64,000 nt of DNA, taken from NCBI GenBank assembly GCA_027449685.1, contig DAIDLC010000009.1:1993-65992 (forward strand), written 5' to 3'. Positions 35,458-45,102 of the stretch are shown here, in pieces. This DNA comes from Ferrovaceae bacterium (GTDB taxonomy: Bacteria > Pseudomonadota > Gammaproteobacteria > Burkholderiales > Ferrovaceae). Position 1 is the stretch's first letter. Each line of letters starts with the position of its first letter. The notes beneath the pieces were generated by a model. The model was not told the origin of the DNA and made no database searches. It saw only the letters and a program-made list of their open reading frames with translations. Position numbers and translations under genes: made by a program.

Positions 35458-38400
35458 CGAAGCGGTAGCCGCGACGCATCATGGCTTCTTTGACCCAGGC
35501 AAAGATGACGGGAACGAACAACAAGGTAGAGACCGTTGCCAGGAGCAGACCGCCGATGACCGCGCGACCCAGCGGGGCGTTTTGCTCACCGCCATCACCA
35601 AAACCCAGGGCCATGGGGACCATGCCGATGAGCATGGCCACGGCGGTCATCAGGACTGGACGCAAGCGCGTGCGACCCGATTGTAGTGCGGCCTGTACCG
35701 GATCGGCCCCCCCATGCATGCAATCATTGGCAAAGGTAACGACCAGGATACTGTTGGCCGTAGCCACCCCCAGACTCATGATGGTACCCATGAGAGAAGG
35801 TACGCTAAAGGGGGTATTGGTGGCAAACAGCATCCAGACGATACCGCACAGGGCGCCGGGGAGCGCCGTGATGATGATGAGCGGATCGGACCAGGACTGA
35901 AAGTTGACGACCATGATGAAATAGATCAGCAAGGCGGCAAACACGATGCCCAGACCCAGGCGCAAAAAGGCCTGATTCATGCTGTCCACCTGACCGCGCA
36001 TCACCAGGCGCGTTCCGGGCGGCAGTTGTGGGGTATAGGTCTGCATGATGCGCTGGATATCACCCGACACGGCACCCAGATCACGGTCCTGCACGTTGGC
36101 ATAGATATCGAAGACGGGTTGCACATCGTAGTGGCTGATGACCACCGGCGTTTCCCGCCGCGACAGTGTAGCTACGTTCCCCAAGGGTTCTGTTGCCGCG
36201 TCTGCGCGCCCGGCAAGCGGGATATTCATGAGCTGATCCAGGGTGGACAGGCGTGCTTGTGGGGTTTGAATGGCGATGGGATAGCCTACGCCGGTTTTGG
36301 GATCGGGCCACAGATTGTAGGAGACCACGGCGCTGGAACTCAATCCGATGAGCACATTATTGGCCACATCATGTTCGGTCATGCCCAGTTGAGCAGCACG
36401 GTTGCGATTCACCGTCAATTGCAATTGCGGGGCATTGCTGATTTGATGGCGGTGCACATCCACCGCACCAGGAACTGTGGCAACTTGCGTGGCCAGTTGC
36501 TGCGCCAGGGCAGGAATTTTCGGATTGAATCCAGAAACCTGCACATCGATGGGGGCGGGCAAGCCAAAATTGAGAATTTGGCTCACGATGTCCGCTGGCT
36601 GGAAAAAGAACCCAATACCCGGAAACTGCCGGTTCAACTCGGTACGCAGCAGGCGTACATAGTCCGGAGTGCGCGTTTCATGTCCGGATTTGAGGGAGAT
36701 CAGAATTTCACCATCGGCAGAACTGAGGGTTGGGGTATCGGTGAAAGCAAGATTCACCGCTTGGGGTAGTCCAATATTGTCCAGGATCAGGTCACGGTCT
36801 GTGGCAGGAATCAGGGTACGCAAGGCGTTTTCCACCCGGGCATAGAGCGCTTCGGTTTCTTCCAGACGCGTTCCCGCAGGAGCAGTGACGTGAATACGGA
36901 TCTGCCCGGCGTCCACCGTGGGAAAGAAGTCGCGGCCTACAAACGGGATCAAGGCCAGGGTGCTAACCACGATCAGCAAGCCAATTCCCATGACCGTGCG
37001 CCGATGCAGCAGGCATTGCTGTAGCAGGAGCAGATACCGGGTGCGCAGGGCTTCAAACCATGCTTCAAAACGCTGATGAAATCCTGGTGACACATGGGAG
37101 TGGCCGACATCCAGTTCCTTGGGTAACAGATATTTGACCATGACTGGTACGAGTGTGCGGGAAAGCACCCAAGAGGCCATCATGGCATAGACCACGGTTA
37201 GGGCCAGCGGGGTAAATAGATATTTGGCCGGACCTTCCAGAAACGTAACCGAGGTAAACACGATACAGATGGAGAGGGTCGACACAAAAGTGGGAACGAA
37301 TATTTGCCGCGCCCCCATCAGGATAGTTTCTTCCAGGGGTTTGCCCAATAGCGCATTACGATGGATGTTCTCGATTTCCACGGTGGCATCGTCCACCAGA
37401 ATTCCCACAGCCAGGGCGAGCCCTCCCAGCGTCATGATATTCAGGGTTTCGCCCGTGGCGTATAGAATGATGAGCGACGTCAGTATGGATAGGGGAATGG
37501 ATACCACGACAATGAAGGTGCTGCGCACACTTCCGAGGAATAGCAGGATCATGGCCGCAGTAAGCAAGGCCGCTATCGTGCCTTCCATGACCACGCCCCG
37601 AATGGCAGCCTTGACAAACAGGGACTGATCGAACAGTTCGGATATCTGGATGTCGGGGTATTGGGCGCGCAAACCCGGAAGGATCTTCTGGATGCCCGAA
37701 ACCACGTCCAGGGTGGAGGCCTGCCCGGTTTTGAGAACGGTCAGGAGTGCACCGCGGTGGCCTTCGCTGCGCACCACGTTGGTTTGTACCCCAAAACCAT
37801 CCCGCACATGGGCCACATCCCGCACATAGACCCAGGCGCCATTGACCTGCTTGATAGGCACATCGTTCAGGGCCTCGATGGTGGAGGGGTTCATGTTCAT
37901 GCCCACCAGGTAATCTCGCGTGCCTAATTTGGCATCTCCCGTGGGCAGGCTCAAGTTCTGATTCAGCAAAACATTGTTGATGTCGTCTGCCGTGATGCCT
38001 TTGGCCATCAGGGCAGCGGGGTCCAGATCCACCTGAATCTGGCGAGGTTTGCCGCCATAGGGCAAGGCCAGACGGGCCCCCTTCACCGGGGCGATGGCAG
38101 CACGAATGCGGTAGATACCAAAATCGTAGAGTTGGGCTTCGGATAATTTCGAACTGGAAAGCGACAGTTGCAAAATGGGCACGCTCGATGCCTCATAACG
38201 CAAAATGAGTGGTGGTACTGTTCCGGTGGGCATGCGCCGCATGATGGTTTGGGAAATGGATACCACTTCCGCCACGGCTTCGGCAATGTTTACATTAGGC
38301 TGAAAAAACACCTTGATGACATCGGCCCCATTCACGGTTTGCGACTCCATGGAGCGCACATCGCTGACCGAAGAAGACAGGGCATATTCACTGAAAGTGG

Positions 38401-38590
38401 TGATGTATTTTTCCATCTGGGCGGGTGGTAACCCACTGTAATTCCAGATGATGCTAACCACGGGGATATCGATATTCGGAAAAATATCGGTGGGGGTTTT
38501 GCGAATGGACACGATCCCCAGCAGCAGAATCAGGATCGCTGTGACCACAAATGTATAGGGGCGCCTAAGCGCGAGACGAACGATCCACAT
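35426..38590 (-). CDS. RND efflux permease (AcrB/AcrD/AcrF family)
   Basis: 1054 aa with a 12-TM RND layout. The N-terminus is MWIVRLALRRPYTFVVTAILILLLGIVS. Confidence 0.95.
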   Translation of the reverse strand: MWIVRLALRRPYTFVVTAILILLLGIVSIRKTPTDIFPNIDIPVVSIIWNYSGLPPAQMEKYITTFSEYALSSSVSDVRSMESQTVNGADVIKVFFQPNVNIAEAVAEVVSISQTIMRRMPTGTVPPLILRYEASSVPILQLSLSSSKLSEAQLYDFGIYRIRAAIAPVKGARLALPYGGKPRQIQVDLDPAALMAKGITADDINNVLLNQNLSLPTGDAKLGTRDYLVGMNMNPSTIEALNDVPIKQVNGAWVYVRDVAHVRDGFGVQTNVVRSEGHRGALLTVLKTGQASTLDVVSGIQKILPGLRAQYPDIQISELFDQSLFVKAAIRGVVMEGTIAALLTAAMILLFLGSVRSTFIVVVSIPLSILTSLIILYATGETLNIMTLGGLALAVGILVDDATVEIENIHRNALLGKPLEETILMGARQIFVPTFVSTLSICIVFTSVTFLEGPAKYLFTPLALTVVYAMMASWVLSRTLVPVMVKYLLPKELDVGHSHVSPGFHQRFEAWFEALRTRYLLLLQQCLLHRRTVMGIGLLIVVSTLALIPFVGRDFFPTVDAGQIRIHVTAPAGTRLEETEALYARVENALRTLIPATDRDLILDNIGLPQAVNLAFTDTPTLSSADGEILISLKSGHETRTPDYVRLLRTELNRQFPGIGFFFQPADIVSQILNFGLPAPIDVQVSGFNPKIPALAQQLATQVATVPGAVDVHRHQISNAPQLQLTVNRNRAAQLGMTEHDVANNVLIGLSSSAVVSYNLWPDPKTGVGYPIAIQTPQARLSTLDQLMNIPLAGRADAATEPLGNVATLSRRETPVVISHYDVQPVFDIYANVQDRDLGAVSGDIQRIMQTYTPQLPPGTRLVMRGQVDSMNQAFLRLGLGIVFAALLIYFIMVVNFQSWSDPLIIITALPGALCGIVWMLFATNTPFSVPSLMGTIMSLGVATANSILVVTFANDCMHGGADPVQAALQSGRTRLRPVLMTAVAMLIGMVPMALGFGDGGEQNAPLGRAVIGGLLLATVSTLLFVPVIFAWVKEAMMRRGYRFDAVSAHADPI

Positions 38591-38609
38591 GAGAAGTCGA
38601 TGACCTGCC

Positions 38610-38644
38610 GTCTCTTTTGGTCAGCAGATCGACCCAAAAGAGAC
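38610..38644. repeat. Perfect 11-bp inverted repeat with a 13-nt spacer between the methyltransferase gene and the RND gene
   Basis: GTCTCTTTTGG, tcagcagatcgac, CCAAAAGAGAC. No adjoining U-tract on either strand. Confidence 0.8.
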
Positions 38645-38666
38645 AATCAAAAAGGAGCATTCTCTC

Positions 38667-39416
38667 TTAACCGGCTAGAAAAAGAAAGATTGCAGGCGTT
38701 CGTGCCGTCAGGGTGGGAGGACTCCGATTCCATTGTTGGATGGTGGCGGTGTGGATCCACTGCTGGGGAGCACTCAGATTTTGCGCCACACATAACCAGG
38801 TGGATGGGGCCAGAATGTCCAGCAAGGTCTGTAATAATCCCTGATTGCGGTAGGGAGTTTCGATGAAGATTTGGGTTTCACGCGCCTGACGCGAGCATTT
38901 CTCCAGGCTCTGCAACCGGCTATGGCGCTGTGCGGGGTCGATGGGCAAATAGCCGTGAAAACAGAAACGCTGACCTTCCAGGCCCGAGGCCATCAAACCC
39001 AGCAGAATGGATGAGGGCCCCGTTAGAGGGCATACCGGAACGCCTTTTTGATGAGCCAGACGAACCAATGGTGCACCGGGGTCGGCCACGGCAGGACAAC
39101 CGGCCTCTGACAACAGCCCCAGATCGTGCCCTTGCAACGCTGGCAACAGACGTTGCTCCAGTTCCGAGGCGGCCGTATGTTCATTCAATAGCGAAAAGTG
39201 AAGGTCCGCCAAGGGGCCCGGGTGTCCCATGATCTTCAGGATGCGCCGCGCTGTTTTGGCTTCCTCTACCACAAAGAACCGTAGTTGGCGGGCAATGTCC
39301 AGGGCCTCCGGCGTCATCTGAAGACAATCGGCAGTCTCCCAAAGCGGACTGGGTATCAAAAACAGTCGTCCTGGCGCGTGGGGTTGCGGGGAAGCCGTGC
39401 GAGGGTGTTGCGTCAT
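38667..39416 (-). CDS. SAM-dependent methyltransferase, tetrapyrrole-methylase fold (RsmI/YraL-like)
   Basis: LSEAGCPAVADPG and GPSSILLGLMASGL are motifs of the RsmI-like family. It begins 13 nt downstream of maf. Confidence 0.75.
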   Translation of the reverse strand: MTQHPRTASPQPHAPGRLFLIPSPLWETADCLQMTPEALDIARQLRFFVVEEAKTARRILKIMGHPGPLADLHFSLLNEHTAASELEQRLLPALQGHDLGLLSEAGCPAVADPGAPLVRLAHQKGVPVCPLTGPSSILLGLMASGLEGQRFCFHGYLPIDPAQRHSRLQSLEKCSRQARETQIFIETPYRNQGLLQTLLDILAPSTWLCVAQNLSAPQQWIHTATIQQWNRSPPTLTARTPAIFLFLAG

Positions 39417-39429
39417 GAAGAACAGCCGC

Positions 39430-40002
39430 TCACGGTAGGGGAATACCCTCCTGGGCCAGCAAGCGTGTAAGGGCGATGAGGGGGAGACCCACCAGCGCTG
39501 TCGGGTCGTGGCAGTCTACCGATTCCACGATGGTAATACCAAAAGCCTCGATTTTGGTGCTCCCGGCGCAGTCATAGGGGCGGTCGGTCTGCAGGTAGCG
39601 TTCAATCTGCTGGGAATCCAGCGTGCGATACCGCACCTGCACCAGAATACAGTCCTGTTGCAGGTTGCCTGTGCGGGCATTGAGTAAACACAGCGCCGTA
39701 TGAAAGACCATGAGCTGGCCACTGGCGCGCTGCAGTTGGGCCACGGCACGGGCGTGAGTCCCGGGCTTGTCCATGATTTCATCCCCCAGCACCGCCACCT
39801 GGTCGCAACCAATGATGAGGTCATCGGGATGCCGCAGGGCCACTTTTTGGGCTTTTTGTCGTGCCAGCCGCAAACTGGTGGCACGGGGAGACTCGGCCGG
39901 CTGGGGCGTTTCGTCCACGTGCGGTGCATCAGTGACAAAGGGGATCCCTAATTGCTCGAGCAGGGCACGCCGGTAGGGGGAACTGGAGGCAAGGATCAAC
40001 AT
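39430..40002 (-). CDS. yceF: Maf-like nucleoside triphosphate pyrophosphatase (YceF subfamily)
   Basis: MLILASSSPYRRALLEQLGIPF. It is divergent from yceD-rpmF, as in E. coli. Confidence 0.9.
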   Translation of the reverse strand: MLILASSSPYRRALLEQLGIPFVTDAPHVDETPQPAESPRATSLRLARQKAQKVALRHPDDLIIGCDQVAVLGDEIMDKPGTHARAVAQLQRASGQLMVFHTALCLLNARTGNLQQDCILVQVRYRTLDSQQIERYLQTDRPYDCAGSTKIEAFGITIVESVDCHDPTALVGLPLIALTRLLAQEGIPLP

Positions 40003-40097
40003 GGGGGGTGATTTTCCAAGAACTGGAAGAAGTCGTCAATGGAGGACAGAGAGATTACGGGCGTTTCTTCCGGGTTGTGCGAAATCGCTTCAACACT

Positions 40098-40126
40098 TTG
40101 ACATCTAAGGGGTTATGAAATAAAAT
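40098..40126 (+). promoter_or_regulatory. Consensus-like sigma70 promoter abutting the yceD start
   Basis: TTGACA, 17 nt, TAAAAT. The -10 element ends 9 nt before the yceD ATG at 40136. Confidence 0.5.
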
Positions 40127-40135
40127 GGTGGGCTT

Positions 40136-40627
40136 ATGTTTGATGCTTCTCAACTTGTTGATCCCATGCGCCTGTGTCGATTGGGCGAAACCGTGGAAGG
40201 CGAATGTGTTCCAGCTGATTTGTCGGCGTTGCAGGACGCGCTGCACGATCTGGACGGGTTCATTCGTTATCGGGTTGAGGGCGGCCATTCCACCGCGCAC
40301 AAGCCTCTGCTGAGTGTTCGGATTACCGGGCACGTGCAGCTGACCTGTCAGCGCTGTCTGGAAGGTTTTCGGTTTGACCTGGACCTGCAAACGCATCTGG
40401 AGCTGGTGCCCGACGAGAACGCGTTGCCCGCGCTGGAGGAGGAACAGGCCGGATGGGATGTGATTGTGTGCCCCGAGCGCCTGGCGGTAGCGGATTTGAT
40501 TCAGGAAGAGATACTGTTGGCGCTTCCCGTGGCTCCCAGGCACGCGACCGGTGATTGTGGCGTATCAGAACCACGCGAAGCCGGAACGCCGGATCATCCT
40601 TTTGCGGTCTTGCGACAGTTGACTTGA
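40136..40627 (+). CDS. yceD: YceD (DUF177) 23S rRNA accumulation protein
   Basis: The CQRC motif, EEILLALPVAPRH and C-terminal PFAVLRQL are collinear with E. coli YceD. Confidence 0.85.
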   Translation: MFDASQLVDPMRLCRLGETVEGECVPADLSALQDALHDLDGFIRYRVEGGHSTAHKPLLSVRITGHVQLTCQRCLEGFRFDLDLQTHLELVPDENALPALEEEQAGWDVIVCPERLAVADLIQEEILLALPVAPRHATGDCGVSEPREAGTPDHPFAVLRQLT

Positions 40628-40746
40628 TTCTGGTGGCTTCCCATCAAGCGTGGCGTCCCACCAACAATTTTATGCGGTCTAACCGTTTTGGTTTTTCAGT
40701 GTAGCGATAAACCGGATCTTCGATCCGAATTCAAGGAGTAAGTAGC

Positions 40747-40929
40747 ATGGCAGTCCAACAGAACAAAAAATCCCCTTCCAAACGTGGCATGCACCGGGCC
40801 CACGATTTTCTGTCCAATCCTCCATTGGCTACCGAGCCCACCACCGGAGAAGTCCACCTGCGTCACCATATCAGCCCGAATGGCTATTATCGTGGCAAGA
40901 AAGTGGTGCAGAGCAAGAACGACCTGTAA
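40747..40929 (+). CDS. rpmF: 50S ribosomal protein L32
   Basis: [20 protein letters not shown]. Confidence 0.97.
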   Translation: MAVQQNKKSPSKRGMHRAHDFLSNPPLATEPTTGEVHLRHHISPNGYYRGKKVVQSKNDL

Positions 40930-40962
40930 TTCCACGCTTTCCCGCCCTCGTCCATTTTAGAG

Positions 40963-42030
40963 GTGAGCGTCACCATCACGATCGCCATCGATGCCATGGG
41001 TGGCGACCATGGACCTGCTGTCACAGTTCCTGCTGCCCTGGAGCTCCTCCAGAATGACCCTGTCACCAGGGTCATTCTGGTGGGCCAATCGTCGCTGCTG
41101 CGCGCCGAGCTCCAGCGGGCCTCCCGCTTTGACGCCTCCCGGGTAGAGATTCAGGAGGCGTCACAAGTCGTGGCCATGGATGAACCCCCAGCCCTGGCGC
41201 TGAAGAATAAAAAAGACTCTTCCATGCGTGTGGCCATCAATTTGGTGCACGAGGGGCGGGCGCAGTGTTGTGTCAGTGCAGGTAACACAGGCGCGCTCAT
41301 GGCCACGGCGCGCTTCGTGCTCAAAATGATGCCCGGAATTGAACGCCCGGCCATCGCCACTACATTACCCACCATCCACGGTCATTGCCATGTGCTGGAT
41401 TTGGGAGCCAATGTGGACTGCGAGCCCAGGCATCTGTGTCAGTTCGGTCTCATGGGATCGATTCTGGCTTCGGCCGTGGATGGCTTGGAGCAACCCACCG
41501 TGGGTCTGCTCAATATCGGCCATGAGGCCATCAAGGGCAATGAACTGATCAAGCAGGCAGCCGAGTTATTGCGCCAAGCGCCCATCAGATTTTATGGCAA
41601 CGTGGAAGGCGACGATATTTACAAGGGCACCGTGAATGTTGTGGTGTGTGATGGTTTCGTCGGCAACGTCGTCCTCAAGACCTCCGAAGGATTGGCCTGG
41701 ATGCTGGGGCAAATGATCAAGCGTGAATTCCAGAAAAACCTGTTGACCAAGCTTGCCGCCCTGGTGGCCATGCCCGTACTCAACAGCTTTCGCCGCCAAG
41801 TGGATCATCGTCAGTATAATGGTGCCAGTCTCTTGGGACTCAAAGGGGTTGTGGTGAAAAGCCATGGCGGAGCAGATGCCTATGCGTTTCGCCATGCGCT
41901 CGAGTATGCCGCCGCAGAGGTTCATAACAAGGTTCTGGAGCGGATTGGGGACACCGTGGCAAAATTGACCGCAACCCAACCAGGTGCGCCAGAGCCGTCC
42001 AAACAGAAACAGGAACATCTGCCTTCATGA
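40963..42030 (+). CDS. plsX: Phosphate acyltransferase PlsX
   Basis: [16 protein letters not shown] start. ATGA overlap with fabH. Confidence 0.95.
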   Translation: MSVTITIAIDAMGGDHGPAVTVPAALELLQNDPVTRVILVGQSSLLRAELQRASRFDASRVEIQEASQVVAMDEPPALALKNKKDSSMRVAINLVHEGRAQCCVSAGNTGALMATARFVLKMMPGIERPAIATTLPTIHGHCHVLDLGANVDCEPRHLCQFGLMGSILASAVDGLEQPTVGLLNIGHEAIKGNELIKQAAELLRQAPIRFYGNVEGDDIYKGTVNVVVCDGFVGNVVLKTSEGLAWMLGQMIKREFQKNLLTKLAALVAMPVLNSFRRQVDHRQYNGASLLGLKGVVVKSHGGADAYAFRHALEYAAAEVHNKVLERIGDTVAKLTATQPGAPEPSKQKQEHLPS

Positions 42031-42989
42031 GCTATTCCAAAATCATTGGCACGGGCAGTTATGCACCGGAACAGATCGTTACCAATCACGATCTGGAACA
42101 TCGGGTCAACACCAACGACGCCTGGATTCAGTCCCGCACGGGTATTCGCCAACGACATGTGCGTGCGGAGCAGCAAAAAACCAGTGATCTCGCCCTGATT
42201 GCCGCACAGCAGGCCCTGCGCAGCGCCGGGATAGATGCCCTGCAACTGGATCTGATCCTGGTGGCCACCACCACCCCCGACATGATATTTCCGGGAACCG
42301 CCTGCATCTTGCAAGCCAAGCTGGGCATTGACAGCGGGGTCATGGCCTTCGATCTGCAGGCGGTGTGTACCGGCTTCGTCTATGCCTTGTCGGTGGCCGA
42401 TCAGTTTATCCGCCAGGGAACCGTGCGCACTGCGTTGGTGGTAGGTGCCGAAACCTTTACCAACCTGCTCGACTGGACGGATCGCAACACCTGTGTGTTA
42501 TTTGGGGACGGGGCTGGTGCGGTGGTGTTGCAGGCAGCCCCACAACCTGGACTGCATTCCACGCATTTGCACGCCAACGGGCGCTACGTGGATCTGCTCT
42601 CGGTTCCCGGTTTTGTCTGTGGCGGGCAAGTAACGGGTTCACCCATGGTGCAAATGGATGGCGCGGCCGTGTTCAAATTTGCCGTGAAGGTTCTCGATCA
42701 GGTTTGTCGTGAAGCCTTGACGGCCAATCATTGCCGGGTGGATGAGGTGGATTGGTTCATCCCGCACCAGGCTAATATTCGCATCATCGAAGCCACCGCG
42801 CACAAGCTCGGCTTGCCCATGGACCGGGTCATCGTCACCGTGGATGGCCATGGCAACACGTCTGCGGCTTCCATTCCGCTGGCACTGGATGTGGCCCTGC
42901 GCGATGGACGGATCCAACCGGGCCACAAGGTATTGCTGGCAGCCGTGGGTGGGGGATTTACCTGGGGCGCTGCGCTGCTCACGATGTAA
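42027..42989 (+). CDS. fabH: 3-oxoacyl-ACP synthase III
   Basis: Active-site region [10 protein letters not shown] plus the HQAN and GNTSAAS motifs. Confidence 0.95.
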   Translation: MSYSKIIGTGSYAPEQIVTNHDLEHRVNTNDAWIQSRTGIRQRHVRAEQQKTSDLALIAAQQALRSAGIDALQLDLILVATTTPDMIFPGTACILQAKLGIDSGVMAFDLQAVCTGFVYALSVADQFIRQGTVRTALVVGAETFTNLLDWTDRNTCVLFGDGAGAVVLQAAPQPGLHSTHLHANGRYVDLLSVPGFVCGGQVTGSPMVQMDGAAVFKFAVKVLDQVCREALTANHCRVDEVDWFIPHQANIRIIEATAHKLGLPMDRVIVTVDGHGNTSAASIPLALDVALRDGRIQPGHKVLLAAVGGGFTWGAALLTM

Positions 42990-43030
42990 TACGTGTCTTC
43001 AACGTTCTTCAGTCAGGATAGGTTCAACCC

Positions 43031-43978
43031 ATGAGTGTTGCGTTCGTGTTTCCGGGACAAGGTTCCCAGTCAGTGGGCATGATGCAGGCCTATGCCGATC
43101 TGCCGCTCATTCGATCCACCTTTGAAGAGGCTGCGGAGGTTTTGCACCAGGATCTCTGGGCCCTTGTCAGCGATGGTCCCGAGTCCGCACTGGCCCAAAC
43201 GGTGAATACCCAACCGCTCATGCTCACTGCTGGTGTGGCGGTTTACCGCACGTGGATGCAGCAGGGAGGGGCCGAACCCGCCGCCGTTGCCGGACATAGC
43301 CTGGGGGAATATAGCGCCCTGGTTGCCGCCCGGGTATTGTCCTTTCCCGATGCCCTGCGGCTAACCCGGCTTCGGGCCCGAGCCATGCAGGAAGCCGTAC
43401 CGGAAGGCGAGGGCGCCATGGCGGCCATTTTGGGTCTGGAAGACGATCAGGTGCGCGCGGCCTGTGAGGAATCTGCCAATACTTCCATCGTCGAGCCAGC
43501 CAATTTCAACGCACCGGGTCAGGTGGTGATTGCCGGTCACCGAGCCGCTGTAGAGCGTGCCATTCTGGTGGCCAAGTCCAAGGGTGCCAAACGTGCCGTC
43601 CTGCTGCCCATGAGTGTGCCCTCCCACTGTTCTCTCATGCATCCGGCAGCCATACAGTTGCGGGCTGCCCTGGAACAGATTACAGTGCAGACGCCTGCCA
43701 TGCCGGTCGTCCACAATGCCACGGTATCCGTGGCCACGACCCCGCCAGCGATTCGTTCGGCTTTGGTACAGCAACTCCACCAACCGGTGCGCTGGGTGGA
43801 ATGCGTGCAGGCCCTGGTTCACCAAGGCGTTGAAGCCATCATCGAATGCGGCCCAGGAAAGGTTTTGGCCCCCCTGACCAAACGGATCGACAGCAGCGTG
43901 CAGGGACTTACCCTGAACAGCGCCGACGCCATTCACAGCGCTCTGAGCGCAACGCAACAAGGAGCAGATCATGCTTGA
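43031..43978 (+). CDS. fabD: Malonyl-CoA:ACP transacylase
   Basis: FVFPGQGSQ and GHSLGEYSAL. Confidence 0.95.
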   Translation: MSVAFVFPGQGSQSVGMMQAYADLPLIRSTFEEAAEVLHQDLWALVSDGPESALAQTVNTQPLMLTAGVAVYRTWMQQGGAEPAAVAGHSLGEYSALVAARVLSFPDALRLTRLRARAMQEAVPEGEGAMAAILGLEDDQVRAACEESANTSIVEPANFNAPGQVVIAGHRAAVERAILVAKSKGAKRAVLLPMSVPSHCSLMHPAAIQLRAALEQITVQTPAMPVVHNATVSVATTPPAIRSALVQQLHQPVRWVECVQALVHQGVEAIIECGPGKVLAPLTKRIDSSVQGLTLNSADAIHSALSATQQGADHA

Positions 43979-44711
43979 CGGACAAGTGGCTTTGGTAACG
44001 GGGGCCAGTCGCGGCATTGGCATGGCCATTGCACGGCAACTGGCTGCTGCTGGGGCGATTGTGGCAGGCACGGCCACACGCCCCGAAGGGGTAGCCGCCA
44101 TCCAGCAGATGCTGGCTTCGGGTGCGGCAACCGGAGCCGGCTATGTGCTGGACGTGAAGGATGGGGCCGGGATCATAGCCACTGTAGAGGCCATCAAAAA
44201 GGATTGGGGTCCAGTCAGCATTCTGGTGAACAATGCCGGAATTACCCGCGACATGCTGGCCATCCGTTTGCGGGATGAAGACTGGGACGAGGTGCTCGAC
44301 ACCAATCTGAAAGCGGTGTTTCAATTATCCCGTGCCGTCATGCGCGATATGATGAAGGCCCGCGCCGGGCGCATCATCAACGTGGGTTCCGTCGTGGGTA
44401 CGACCGGAAACGCCGGGCAAAGCAATTATGCAGCGGCCAAGGCCGGATTGGTCGGTTTGACCAAGTCTTTGGCACGGGAACTGGGCAGTCGTGGCATTAC
44501 GGTGAATTGTGTGGCTCCGGGGTTTATCGAAACCGACATGACCCGGGCCTTGAGCGAAGTGCAACAGCAATCCTTGCGCAGCAACATTCCCCTGGGCCGT
44601 TTGGGGCAACCCGAAGATGTGGCTCATGCGGTGGCCTTTCTAGCCTCTGCTCAGGCCGGCTACATCACCGGAGCCACCCTGCACGTCAACGGCGGAATGG
44701 CCATGGATTGA
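43971..44711 (+). CDS. fabG: 3-oxoacyl-ACP reductase
   Basis: VTGASRGIG, NNAGIT, YAAAKAG. Confidence 0.95.
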   Translation: MLDGQVALVTGASRGIGMAIARQLAAAGAIVAGTATRPEGVAAIQQMLASGAATGAGYVLDVKDGAGIIATVEAIKKDWGPVSILVNNAGITRDMLAIRLRDEDWDEVLDTNLKAVFQLSRAVMRDMMKARAGRIINVGSVVGTTGNAGQSNYAAAKAGLVGLTKSLARELGSRGITVNCVAPGFIETDMTRALSEVQQQSLRSNIPLGRLGQPEDVAHAVAFLASAQAGYITGATLHVNGGMAMD

Positions 44712-44792
44712 GATTTAATGAACGAGACGGCAGGTTCTGTTACACTACGCCTGTTTTTTTGCCACATATCTTCCTCAGAAGGACCATAACAC

Positions 44793-45032
44793 ATGTCAAA
44801 CATCGAGCAACGCGTCAAAAAAATCGTATCCGAACAACTGGGTGTGAAAGAAGAAGAAATTCAAAACACCTCCTCCTTTGTGGATGATCTGGGCGCTGAT
44901 TCGCTCGACACCGTCGAACTGGTCATGGCTTTGGAAGAAGAATTCGAATGTGAAATTCCCGATGAGGAAGCCGAAAAAATCACCACCGTTCAGCAGGCCA
45001 TTGACTATGTCAATAGCCATTTGAAAGCCTGA
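44793..45032 (+). CDS. acpP: Acyl carrier protein
   Basis: [20 protein letters not shown]. Confidence 0.97.
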   Translation: MSNIEQRVKKIVSEQLGVKEEEIQNTSSFVDDLGADSLDTVELVMALEEEFECEIPDEEAEKITTVQQAIDYVNSHLKA

Positions 45033-45102
45033 GGGATGGCATCTTGATCATCAGAATGGCACAGGCCTAGCGGCATCATCGTCTCGGGGAGTTGTGCAGC
45101 GC

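Noticed and set aside
43361-44101. Long ORFs antisense to or overlapping well-supported genes. Examples are 43361-44101(-), 19217-20116(+), 35714-36769(+), 55475-56218(-), 53792-54652(-), 45106-45909(-), 48065-48736(-), 61754-62440(-) and 63251-63952(-).
   Set aside because: Each lies entirely within a gene that has clear family motifs on the other strand or frame. Their translations are Arg/Gly/Pro/His-rich with no recognisable motifs, and they lack RBSs. This is typical of shadow ORFs in GC-rich DNA.
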